Assembly: GCA_963835515.1 (NCBI GenBank)
Contig: CAWIFX010000021.1
Span: 4,951-68,950 of the forward strand
DNA length: 64,000 nucleotides
Reading direction: 5' to 3'
Source: an uncultured Acidimicrobiia bacterium
GTDB lineage: Bacteria; Actinomycetota; Acidimicrobiia; Spongiisociales; JAENVV01
Notes under the pieces: model-generated
The model's database searches: none
Told to the model about the DNA's origin: nothing
Seen by the model: only the letters and a program-made list of their open reading frames with translations
Shown: one piece after another, positions 18,860 through 30,247 of the stretch
How the letters are laid out: each line of letters opens with the position of its first letter
Numbering within the stretch: the first letter of the stretch is position 1
Translations under genes and position numbers: made by a program

Positions 18860-19792
18860 TTAGAGCAGGGACTCCAGGTCGACGAGAGATGACGGGTGTC
18901 GTAGCTTAGCGAGCGCCCGCCCTTCGATCTGTCGAACCCGTTCTCGCGTGAGATTGAACACCTTCCCGACATCGCTGAGGGTACGAGACTCCCCACCGTC
19001 GAGCCCGAACCGTAGATACAGGATCTTTTGTTCAACTGGTTCGAGTACATCGAGCGCCTCGATGAGGTGGCGGCGCCGCATGACCTCGGCAGCGTGGCTG
19101 AAGGGATCGGGCATCCGGTCGTCTTCGATGAAATCTTGGAGAGCGGCATCGCCTTCATCTCCGACCGGTCTGTCCAGCGAGACAGTATCCGAGGGGGCGG
19201 CGAGGGCGGCGTTGACCCGTTCGAGGTCGAGGCCAGACGACTCGGCAATCTCTGCCCGGGTTGGTGGCCGACGAAGCTCTTCGGTCAACAACTGTTCGGT
19301 TTCCTGAACGGTCCTGACGACATCGACCATATGAACCGGGAGGCGAATGGTTCTGGCCTGGTTCCCGAGACCACGGGTGATGGCTTGTCGGATCCACCAG
19401 GTGGCGTAGGTCGAGAACTTGAATCCCTTGCGCCAGTCGAACTTTTCCACGGCCCGGATCAGGCCAAGGTTGCCCTCTTGGATCAGGTCGAGGAGGTCGA
19501 GGCCACGACCTGCGTACCGCTTGGCGATGGAGATGACCAAGCGAAGATTCGAGCGGATGAAGACCATCTTGGCTTCTTCACCATTGTGGACGAGGCGGTA
19601 CAACTTGGCGCGGTCGGCGGGCGCAAACTTCTCGCCAGTGTCGAGTTTGGCCTGGGCTTTACGGCCAGCTTCCATAGCCCTGGCCAGGGCGACTTCGTCT
19701 TCGGCCGTCAGTAGTTGGTGACCGGAGACACGCTCCAGGTACATTCCGACGGTGTCAGACACCGAAATCGAGTCTCGGTTCCGTGATGCCAA
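18860..19792 (-). CDS. RNA polymerase sigma-70 family factor (group 1/2-like, SigB-like size)
   Basis: Region 2 (LIQEGNLGLIRAVEKFD, FSTYATWWIRQAI), region 3, and region 4.2 (LTRERVRQIEGRALAKLR). TTG start. Confidence 0.9.
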   Translation of the reverse strand: MASRNRDSISVSDTVGMYLERVSGHQLLTAEDEVALARAMEAGRKAQAKLDTGEKFAPADRAKLYRLVHNGEEAKMVFIRSNLRLVISIAKRYAGRGLDLLDLIQEGNLGLIRAVEKFDWRKGFKFSTYATWWIRQAITRGLGNQARTIRLPVHMVDVVRTVQETEQLLTEELRRPPTRAEIAESSGLDLERVNAALAAPSDTVSLDRPVGDEGDAALQDFIEDDRMPDPFSHAAEVMRRRHLIEALDVLEPVEQKILYLRFGLDGGESRTLSDVGKVFNLTRERVRQIEGRALAKLRHPSSLVDLESLL

Positions 19793-19887
19793 CCTATATC
19801 CCCTTATTTCACTACCCGCCTGATCACGCTATCAGGGCAGACGGGCTAGCGCAATGGAATTTCGAGCCTTTCGGTAGGGTGCATCTG

Positions 19888-20559
19888 ATGAATTGCGGGA
19901 ATTTGTCGGGCTGCCGTCGGTGTGAGCGCTTGGTGGAGTGGCGCGAAACCGTGCCGAAACGAGCGGCTTTTCGCGATGAGGCCTATTGGAGGAGGCCGGT
20001 CGGAGGTCTTGGAGATCCCCGCTCGGCCCTGCACGTTGTCGGGTTGGCGCCAGCCGCCCACGGCGCCAACCGCACCGGCCGCATGTTCACCGGGGATCGT
20101 TCGGGTGATTGGCTGCTCAGAGCCATGCATATCACGGGATTCTGCAACCAGGCCACGTCGACCGGGATCGGTGACGGGCTGGAGATGATCGACTCCTATG
20201 TGACATCGATCGTCAAATGTGCGCCGCCCGAAAACCGACCGACCGGCCAGGAACGCGCCAACTGCCGCGTCTGGCTCGATCAGGAGCTTTCTTTTCGGCC
20301 ACCGATCATCGTGACGCTGGGTGGCATGGCATTCGCCGAGACGCTCCGGGCGCTTCGCGACGGCGGCGAAACGATTCCGGTGCCGCGTCCGTCCTTCGGT
20401 CATGGTGAGACGTTGTCGCTGGAGCGAACGACGATTCTGGCTTGCTATCACCCGTCGCAGCTGAACACATCAACCGGCCGACTGACGGAGTCGATGTTGC
20501 TGGCGGTGTTCTCGGAGGCGCGCCACCTGGTGGACGACCTCGAATATCCCTTGCATTAG
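19888..20559 (+). CDS. Uracil-DNA glycosylase, family 5 (UDGb-like, Fe-S type)
   Basis: CRRCERL cysteine motif, GLAPAAHGANRTGRMFTGDRSGDWL (family 5 motif A) and CYHPSQLN (motif B). The ATG at 19888 is preferred because the 19783 start would overlap the sigma gene start. Confidence 0.75.
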   Translation: MNCGNLSGCRRCERLVEWRETVPKRAAFRDEAYWRRPVGGLGDPRSALHVVGLAPAAHGANRTGRMFTGDRSGDWLLRAMHITGFCNQATSTGIGDGLEMIDSYVTSIVKCAPPENRPTGQERANCRVWLDQELSFRPPIIVTLGGMAFAETLRALRDGGETIPVPRPSFGHGETLSLERTTILACYHPSQLNTSTGRLTESMLLAVFSEARHLVDDLEYPLH

Positions 20560-20644
20560 GTGCCCGAGACGCCGTGGGGCGGTTTCGCAGAGCCCGGGCA
20601 GGTGCCCTACGATATGGCTTTCCGATACGACCTCCAGGAGTTCT

Positions 20645-21898
20645 GTGCTCGACCGATCCATTGCCGAACACCGCCTCACGCGCGAGCCGCCCGTTTTAGC
20701 GGAGAGGCGCCGCCAGGGCCTCGCCATGTATGAAAACGCTGTCATGCCGACCGCAGCAGACGAACATTGGAAGTACGTCGACCTCGATTTCACGATGGAA
20801 ACCCAAAGCCTTCCGGCAAAGATGGGACTGACGATGGCGCCTCCGACCGGGGTCAATCGGGTTTCCGCGAGCGTGGTGGACGGATTTGTAGCCATCGAGC
20901 AAGAACTTCCCGCTGGCGTAGAGATCGCCAGTTTCGAGGAAATCGCAAAACGAGACCCGGAGCTGTTCAGTTCGGTGGTCGCGAGTCGATCCGACGACAT
21001 ATTTCTGGCTGGCAATGCCGCCTTCGCCGGGGACGGCCTGTTCGTCCACGTGCCCCGCAATACGGCCGTGGCTGCACCGATTGTGATTGACATCCAGTCG
21101 GTCAGCGCGGGCACGATCTCGTTCCCGCATATCGCCATCTCCCTCGGCGAAAATTCGGAGGCATCAGTCGTTCTGATCTTTCGGTCATCGGAAGAAGAAC
21201 TGGTCGTCGCCCCAGTTGTCGAATCGACGCTCGGCAACGCCGCCCGGCTGTCGATGACGTCGGTACAAACGTGGGGTCGCAAGACGAAAGGGCTGGGATA
21301 TCAGCGGGTTCGTTTGGGTAGGGACAGCGCCATGAAGATGGGGGAAGTGGGCCTCGGTGGGGCGTTGGGTCGGCTCGACCTCTCCGTGGACCTCGACGGT
21401 GATGGCAGTTCGTACATCCTGAACGGTCTGTCGTTCGGTGACGGGGAACAGGTCCTCGATTATCGAATGGTGCTCAACCATCGCGGTCGGAACACTTCGT
21501 CGGATGTGCTCTTGAAGGGAGCGGTCGAGGACCAAGCCGAATCAATTTTCACCGGTTTGCTTCGAATCGAGGAGCACGCCACGAACACTTCTGCGTTCGA
21601 AAACAACCGGAACCTCGTATTGTCGGCGGGCGCCAAAGCGCAGTCCGTTCCAAACCTGGAAATCCTCTGCGACGATGTCGTATGTGGCCACGGTTCGACT
21701 GTCGGGCCCCTCGAAGAGGAGCACCTCTATTACCTCGCCAGCCGCGGCATCGGGCGAGAACGTGCTGAGCGGGTCCTTGTGAAGGGCTTCTTTGATGAGG
21801 TCATAGACAAACTCCCATCGCAAGCCGTCGCCGCCCCGGTTAGGGATGAGGTTGAACGGAAATTCGTCGCCGCTCAGGTCGCCGGGAGGTTGGGATGA
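20645..21898 (+). CDS. sufD: Fe-S cluster assembly protein SufD
   Basis: SufB/D beta-helix C-terminal region (NLEILCDDVVCGHGSTVGPLEEEHLYYLASRGI). It lacks the SufB N-terminal features. Confidence 0.85.
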   Translation: MLDRSIAEHRLTREPPVLAERRRQGLAMYENAVMPTAADEHWKYVDLDFTMETQSLPAKMGLTMAPPTGVNRVSASVVDGFVAIEQELPAGVEIASFEEIAKRDPELFSSVVASRSDDIFLAGNAAFAGDGLFVHVPRNTAVAAPIVIDIQSVSAGTISFPHIAISLGENSEASVVLIFRSSEEELVVAPVVESTLGNAARLSMTSVQTWGRKTKGLGYQRVRLGRDSAMKMGEVGLGGALGRLDLSVDLDGDGSSYILNGLSFGDGEQVLDYRMVLNHRGRNTSSDVLLKGAVEDQAESIFTGLLRIEEHATNTSAFENNRNLVLSAGAKAQSVPNLEILCDDVVCGHGSTVGPLEEEHLYYLASRGIGRERAERVLVKGFFDEVIDKLPSQAVAAPVRDEVERKFVAAQVAGRLG

Positions 21899-22211
21899 AC
21901 GAATGGTGTGTGTTGGGTCCGTTAGCGGATCTGAAACAAGAAGCAGGCAAACGCTACGACGTCGGCGAAGAGCGGATCGCCGTCTTTCTGATCGGGGACG
22001 ATGTCTACGCGATTGGCGACCGATGCTCGCATGCGGAGGCATCGCTGTCGGAGGGAGAACTGTTCGACACCGAGGTGGAATGTCCACGCCACGGATCATC
22101 CTTTGACATCACAACCGGAATTCCGCATTCCCTCCCGGCAACCACGCCCGTACCGACCTATGAGGTGCGCGTCACCGATGGCGTTATCGAAGCCCGATTG
22201 AAGGACCCGGT

Positions 22212-22215
<4 letters not shown>
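21895..22215 (+). CDS. Rieske [2Fe-2S] ferredoxin
   Basis: CSHAEASL ... CPRHGSSF (CxH / CxxH ligands). It overlaps the sufD stop and the sufC start. Confidence 0.85.
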
Positions 22216-22943
<728 letters not shown>

Positions 22944-22947
22944 CGCC

Positions 22948-23676
22948 GTGGTAGATCTGGCCGTCCGCACTTACGGAGACAACGGTCGGAAGCTCTTGTT
23001 ACTCCACGGGCTCGGTTCCAACGCTCAGGGCTGGTGGCGGGTCGGGCCGGCGTTGGCCGAGGCGGGTTTTCACGTCGTTGCCCCGGACCTTCGTGGGCAC
23101 GGCGAGAGCGAGCATCCGGAAGACTTCTCGCTGACAGCGTACGCGGACGATGTGCGCGGTCTCGACGATAACTGGGACGTCGTCGTCGGTCACTCAATCG
23201 GCGGATCGATCGCCCTGACCCTCTTTGAGCGAGAGCCACATTTCGCAGAGCGTCTTGTCCTCCTCGATCCGGCACTTATTCTGCCTTCGGCTGAGGTTGC
23301 GATCGACGCGATGATGGCTCCCTATGACGCGCCACTTACCGCAGGTCGGGTTAGTGCCGATAATCCGACTTGGCATCCTGAAGACGCCCGGATCAAGGCA
23401 CAAGCTTTGAAACAATCGTCTGCTTCTGTGACGTCGTTGACCATCCGGCACAATCCGGACTGGAATCTCGTTGGCGAGGCGTCCCGTCTAACGGTCCCGA
23501 CGCTGTTAATCGGCGCTGATCCTGCCCTGGTCGCACTGGTGCCGCCCGAGCTCGGCTCGGGGTTGGCCGAACTCAACCCACACATCCGGTTTTTGTCCAT
23601 TCCCGGTAGTAGCCATTCGATTCATCGCGACGAGTTTCTCCCCCTCATGGCCGCGATCCTGGAGTTCCTCGCGTGA
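22948..23676 (+). CDS. Alpha/beta hydrolase
   Basis: HGLGS oxyanion region and the GHSIGG nucleophile elbow. GTG at 22948 sits 5 nt after the sufC stop; the upstream part of ORF 22867 overlaps sufC. Confidence 0.8.
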   Translation: MVDLAVRTYGDNGRKLLLLHGLGSNAQGWWRVGPALAEAGFHVVAPDLRGHGESEHPEDFSLTAYADDVRGLDDNWDVVVGHSIGGSIALTLFEREPHFAERLVLLDPALILPSAEVAIDAMMAPYDAPLTAGRVSADNPTWHPEDARIKAQALKQSSASVTSLTIRHNPDWNLVGEASRLTVPTLLIGADPALVALVPPELGSGLAELNPHIRFLSIPGSSHSIHRDEFLPLMAAILEFLA

Positions 23677-24776
23677 TCGGCTGGCTGGAGCAACTAACCG
23701 CCCTCCCATCGGTTGCCGGATACGAGGACGCCGTGATCGCCTGGGTTCGCCGGTGGGTGGCCAGGCGTGACGATCTGCGGTTGGTGCCTGACCCCGGTGG
23801 CAACCTGGTCATCACGCAGAAACGTCGGTCGCGTCGCGTTCCGGTGTGGATCACCGCTCATATGGATCATCCCGGCTTCGTCCTCAAAGACGATCTGGGC
23901 AACGGACGGTTTGAGTACGAGTTCCGTGGAGGAGTGCTGGATGCCTACTTTGTCGGCAGTCCTGTGCATCTCTTCGGAAGAGACGGACGCCGGGCCGGGA
24001 AGGTCGAATCACTGGAGCGATCGGGACGATATCGGCATGGGGTACTCCAGCTGGCCCGATCTGGTGCGGCAGTGCAGCCAGGTGACATCGGCCGTTGGGC
24101 GTTCCCGGCGGCGCAGCTCGGGATTCGTTCGGGTCGGCTCTACGCACCGGCCTGCGACGATCTGGCCGGCGTAGCCGCCGCCCTCACTGCGTTGGACCGA
24201 CTTCGCAACGTCGAGGGGGCGGGGCATGCCGGCGTGCTGCTTACCAGAGCTGAAGAGGTCGGATTTGTCGGTGCGATCGCCGCAGCAACTGACGGCACCA
24301 TCGCCCAGGAGACCCGGCTCATCTGCGTGGAGATGTCACGCAGCTTCGCGGAATCACCGATAGGCGGGGGTCCGATCGTGCGGGTGGGGGACGCTAGTTC
24401 GGTGTTTAGTCCGTGGTTGACCGGTGTCATGGCGCAAGCTGGTCGGGATCTCGCCGACCGGTCAAGCGCTTTCAAGTTCCAGCGCAAACTCATGGCCGGC
24501 GGATCCTGTGAAGCGACAGCCTTCTCCGCCTACGGATACGAGTCGACGTGTTTGTGTCTTGCCCTCGGTAACTATCACAACATGGGTGACCTGTCCGGCG
24601 TCGAGGCTGGGAAGAGCCCTGCGAGGGTTGCCCCCGAAGTCATTTCTGTTGACGACTATCGCGGATTGGTTAAGCTCCTCGTCCGGTCAGTCGAGCTGGT
24701 GGAACCGGGCAAGAATGCTCTGAGGGACGATCTGGAGGCTCACTATCTGAACCTCAAGGAGATGCTTAATCCCTGA
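23673..24776 (+). CDS. M42-type (FrvX-like) metallo-aminopeptidase family protein
   Basis: HMDHPGF, ACDDLAG and RAEEVGFVGA metal-ligand blocks. Confidence 0.7.
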   Translation: MIGWLEQLTALPSVAGYEDAVIAWVRRWVARRDDLRLVPDPGGNLVITQKRRSRRVPVWITAHMDHPGFVLKDDLGNGRFEYEFRGGVLDAYFVGSPVHLFGRDGRRAGKVESLERSGRYRHGVLQLARSGAAVQPGDIGRWAFPAAQLGIRSGRLYAPACDDLAGVAAALTALDRLRNVEGAGHAGVLLTRAEEVGFVGAIAAATDGTIAQETRLICVEMSRSFAESPIGGGPIVRVGDASSVFSPWLTGVMAQAGRDLADRSSAFKFQRKLMAGGSCEATAFSAYGYESTCLCLALGNYHNMGDLSGVEAGKSPARVAPEVISVDDYRGLVKLLVRSVELVEPGKNALRDDLEAHYLNLKEMLNP

Positions 24777-25897
24777 GCGCCCAAAGGGTGCCGTCGGGTT
24801 CATCGTGGACTTCGATCCCCGACTCGGTTAACACGTCGCGAATCCGGTCTGCTTCCTCGAAGTCACCACGATCACGAGCCCGGTCCCTGGTTTCGATCAG
24901 CTGATCGACGAAAGGCCGGATCTGGTCGGTTGGGTCGATCGGTCCGGTTGAGGCCGTCTCCGCCAACTCGACGATCATCCGGCGGGCTTCTCCAACCAGG
25001 TCGTCGTCGAGGCGACTGAGGATCAGATCGGCGGCTGCTAGCCCATCGCCCTGCGCCAGGGTCGCTTGGAGATCGATGGGCTCGATGAAATCCACGCTTG
25101 GCGTCGCCTCGAGGGGTCGTAGGGCGAACAGGTCGCCTGACTCAACCCGGCTACCTTCTGGCACGGTCTCCTCGGTACCTCCTGACAGGACCGTCAGAGA
25201 CCCTCGTCCGCTCACGGCCAGCCAGCCATCCTGGAATGTTGCTGCCGTGTGTTCGTCGATCCCGATGATCGGGAGCCCGTCTGGAAGCTGTTCGATGAGT
25301 TCGTCGAGGCGGCGGCGGCCGATGTAGCAATGTCCGGTGTCGTGGTGCTCACCGTCGCGGTTATCCCAGTGCGGGACGACTACAGCGTCAATCCCTGTGA
25401 CTTTCGACAACAGATCGATGCCGTCCAGCCAGTAGGGCCGGGCGCCCACTTTGTAGATCTCATACACCGGGATGGCCAGGCGGCCGGCAGTCACGGCGGC
25501 CGCTGAGGCGAAGGTGATTGCCGCCCCTGCTCACCGATGCCCGCACCAGGGAAGCGACCGCGTCGACCGAGTGCCATTGCGTCAAGGCGTATGACGGGCT
25601 GCCCGGTCCAGCAAAAACGTAGTCGGCACCTTCGATCGCCAGTCGGAATGCCTCGACGGTCGCAGGCGAAGCGAGGGACGCATCCAGCAGTGACGCGACT
25701 TCGACGGCCTGATTGAGCGAAGTGTCGAAATACTCCTGAACCTTGGACGTGATGAATGCGGCGTTCTCCTGGAACCCGTGCGGTGTGTCGATATAGACCA
25801 CCCGCGGATCGGCTGGCAGCTTCGACATGATCTCGCGATGGACTTTGACCATTCCTGGGCTCGTCTCGGCTGAGCCGATCAGGATCAGCGGTCCCAT
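24766..25897 (-). pseudogene. Peptidase S51 / class I glutamine amidotransferase-like protein with CysRS-type C-terminal domain; reading frame broken near 25518
   Basis: ORF 25460..25897 carries the N-terminal half and ORF 24766..25494 the remainder, in a different frame. The second frame read upstream gives ..GG/ITFASAAAVTAGRLAIP.., a continuous S51-like nucleophile region. Confidence 0.7.
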
Positions 25898-26721
25898 GGC
25901 GTGGCCTCCCAGATGAGTTTCGCGATTGTTTCTGGCTGCTGGAGGTGCAAGTCGTGATCACCTTCCACGACAGTGATTTCATCGAACCCGAGTAGTTGCA
26001 CCTCGTCTTCGGTGACCAGGCCGGGGCGGGCGAGGACGACCCGGGTGGGGGTGTTGATGGTTGGCAGAATCGCCAGAGGGTCGTGTTCCCAGAGCGATCG
26101 CAAGACTTGCATGTGGTCGTCGAATCTCAGATACGGCAGCACGAGACCTCCAGGCTGATCCTCGAAGTTTCCGAGAGCGCCTTGGATTGCCTGATCAGTC
26201 CAGCCCGGATGAGCGGTTCGCATGTACCCCTCGACAGCCTGGCGGGTCGCGCCTTCAAAACGGGGCGGAGCAAGTTGGGATGCGCACGCATCCCAACTGT
26301 CGAATCGGGTTCCGAGCCGAATAAAACCGCCGTCGATTCCCATCGTCGCCAGGGTGCTGTAGCGCGCCGCGTGATCGATCACTACGTTGCCTCCCCACGA
26401 CTGGCCGACGGTGACGGGGGGCTCCGAGGTGACGTCACGAACAACCGCTTCCAGATCGGCCGAGTAGGTCGGAAAGTCGAAGCCGTTGTCGACACGCTCT
26501 GACCGACCATGGGATCGCTGATCGTAAGCGATGACTTGTGCGCCGGACTGGTTCAGTAGGTCCCCAACGGCAATCCAGGTCCGTGCGTTCGAGGCCAGAC
26601 CATGGACAAGCACGATGGTCCGGGTGGCGTCGCCGCGCCATCGGAGTCCGGCGAGGCGGGAACCGGTGCTCGACACGAAGCTGGTTTCTTCCATAACGGA
26701 CCACGGTACACGACCTTCCAT
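25885..26721 (-). CDS. Alpha/beta hydrolase
   Basis: VLVHGLASN and the GQSWGG nucleophile elbow. Confidence 0.8.
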   Translation of the reverse strand: MEGRVPWSVMEETSFVSSTGSRLAGLRWRGDATRTIVLVHGLASNARTWIAVGDLLNQSGAQVIAYDQRSHGRSERVDNGFDFPTYSADLEAVVRDVTSEPPVTVGQSWGGNVVIDHAARYSTLATMGIDGGFIRLGTRFDSWDACASQLAPPRFEGATRQAVEGYMRTAHPGWTDQAIQGALGNFEDQPGGLVLPYLRFDDHMQVLRSLWEHDPLAILPTINTPTRVVLARPGLVTEDEVQLLGFDEITVVEGDHDLHLQQPETIAKLIWEATPWDR

Positions 26722-26796
26722 ATATCGTTAGCCGGTCGGGTTGAGAGTGGTCGACGGCGGCCTAGGCTTGGGCCCTCAGTTCCTTAAGGAGACAGT

Positions 26797-28188
<1,392 letters not shown>

Positions 28189-28228
28189 ATCAGTTGCTTT
28201 TAGCACTAAAACTGCTAAAGTGGTAGGT

Positions 28229-28567
28229 ATGGAGACATACCACGACCCATTCGACGACCCTTACGAACATGCCGATGAGTTGCCCTGGCGAGAACTTGCC
28301 GCGTGCCGAACTCATGACGCAGACCTCTTCTTCCCGGCGGGTGAAACCGGGGGCGCCGCTCTGACTATTCGCCTGGCCAAGCGAATCTGTGGAGAATGTC
28401 CGGTCGGTCTTGACTGCTTGTATTACGCCGTTTCGACTGGTCAGCGGTTTGGAATCTGGGGTGGCACCGATGAGAACGACCGCCGGAGGTTGCGGCGGCG
28501 CTGGGTTGCGGCACGAGGGAATGTTGGCGAAGTAGACCTGATCGGGTGGCTCAGCAAGGCGAGCTGA
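28229..28567 (+). CDS. WhiB-family transcriptional regulator
   Basis: Four-Cys pattern (AACR..., ICGECPVGLDC) and GIWGG turn with a basic tail. ATG at 28229 chosen within ORF 28172. Confidence 0.85.
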   Translation: METYHDPFDDPYEHADELPWRELAACRTHDADLFFPAGETGGAALTIRLAKRICGECPVGLDCLYYAVSTGQRFGIWGGTDENDRRRLRRRWVAARGNVGEVDLIGWLSKAS

Positions 28568-28576
28568 ACTGGTTGG

Positions 28577-29041
28577 TTAGTCGGTGGTTACCTGATCGGC
28601 TGTTCCGGAGATGGCCACGTCGAGCGTGGCCCACGGAAGGCTGGCGCACTTGATCCGAACCGGAAAGGCTTTGACGCCGGCTAGCGCTTCGAGCTCGCCG
28701 AGCACTGCTCCCGGCCGCTCCGGATCGACGATGGGGTCCTCGCTGGTCATCATGGTCGTGAAGAGCTGGCGCAGCTGGGCAATCTCTTCAAAGGTCTTAC
28801 CCTTGATCGCCTCCGACATGAGCGAGGCTGAGGCTTGGGAGATGGAGCAACCCTGCCCTTTGATGGCAATCTGTGAGACGGTGTCACCGTCCAGTACCAG
28901 GTCGACGGCCACCTTGTCGCCGCACAGCGGATTGTTGCCGTCGGCATGACGATCCACGTCGCTGAGCTCGGCACGATTGCGCGGGTTGCGGTAGTGATCG
29001 AGGATGACTTCCTTGTAAAGATTGTCGAGTCCCACAGCCAC
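28577..29041 (-). CDS. sufU: Fe-S cluster scaffold/sulfur acceptor SufU
   Basis: LYKEVILDHYRNPRN, NPLCGD, GQGCSISQAS and RIKCASLPW. GTG at 29041 sits 5 nt after the sufS stop; the longer ORF to 29188 overlaps sufS. Confidence 0.88.
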   Translation of the reverse strand: MAVGLDNLYKEVILDHYRNPRNRAELSDVDRHADGNNPLCGDKVAVDLVLDGDTVSQIAIKGQGCSISQASASLMSEAIKGKTFEEIAQLRQLFTTMMTSEDPIVDPERPGAVLGELEALAGVKAFPVRIKCASLPWATLDVAISGTADQVTTD

Positions 29042-29046
29042 TAACC

Positions 29047-30247
29047 CTAGACCCGTATATCGAATAGTTCGGCGGCCACTTTGAGTCCGTCCATCAGGCG
29101 GTCGACTTCGTCGGCGGACGAATAAACGGAGAACGACGCCCGGGCCGTGGCCGGTATGCCGAGATGATCCATGAGCGGCCGGGCACAATGATGCCCCGCC
29201 CGCACCGCAATGCCGTTTTCGTCAAGGATCGTTGAAAGGTCGTGGGGATGAACGTCGCCGAGCGTGAATGAGATTGTCCCGCCCCGGATCTCGAGATCAC
29301 TCGGCCCATAGACAGTCACTGCCGGCATGGTCGCCAGTCTCTCGAGTGCGTAGCCGGTCAACTCGACGTCGTGTTTCCTGACGGCATCCATGCCGAGGTC
29401 GGTTAAGATAATCGACCGCGGCACCCAGGCCGATCGCTTCGACGATTGGCGGGGTTCCTGCTTCGAACTTGTGGGGAACCGGCGCCCAGGTCGACTCGTA
29501 CAATCCAACCTCGTCAATCATCTCGCCGCCGCCCTCGAAGGGTTCCATCTCCTCAAGGAGCGCCCGTTTACCCCACAAGACTCCTATCCCGGTTGGGCCG
29601 AGCATTTTGTGGGCCGAGAAGGCCAGGAAATCGGCGCCGAGATCGGTGACGTCCACAGGCAAATGGGGCACGAGCTGGGCCCCATCGACGATCACCGTAG
29701 CTCCCACCCGGCTGGCGATCTCTCGAATCCGGTCCACGGGGGTGATCGTCCCGAGCACATTGGACATGCCGGTGATGGAGACGATCCTGGTGCGTTCGTC
29801 CACGAGTTCGGCGAGGCTTTCCAGATCGAGGGCGAAGTCGTCGGTCAGTCGGGCGAATCGAAGCTCAACCCCTTGGAGGAACTGCCAGGGAACCAGATTG
29901 GCATGATGCTCCATGACCGACAACACGATGTTGTCGCCGGCAACGAGTCGGTCGGCCCCCCATTTGGCCGCCAGCATGTTCATGGACGTTGTCGTGCCTC
30001 TGGTAAAGATCACCTCGGCTGGTGACGAGGCCCCTATAAACCTGGCGACCTTGGCCCGGGCGGCCTCGTATGCGTCCGTCGCTTCGGCAGACAGGCGGTA
30101 GGCACCCCGGTGTACGTTGGCGTATCCGGACCGGAGCATGGTGTCCATTGCTTGGATGACCATCTCGGGCTTCTGTGAACTGGCAGCCGAGTCGAGGAAT
30201 GCCAGGTCGTTGCCGGCCAGGATCGGGAAGTCCTTACGAACATCCAT
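29047..30247 (-). pseudogene. sufS: Cysteine desulfurase SufS, interrupted by a single-base frameshift near 29403
   Basis: ORF 29297..30247 holds the N-terminal 281 aa with the PLP lysine (SAHKMLGPTGIG). ORF 29047..29517, in another frame, holds the C-terminal part with RAGHHCARPL. The junction reads GAT TAT CTT [A] ACC GAC. Confidence 0.88.

Noticed and set aside
19783-19887. Upstream extension of the uracil-DNA glycosylase ORF
   Set aside because: It would overlap the divergent sigma factor start codon. The family motifs start just after the internal ATG at 19888.
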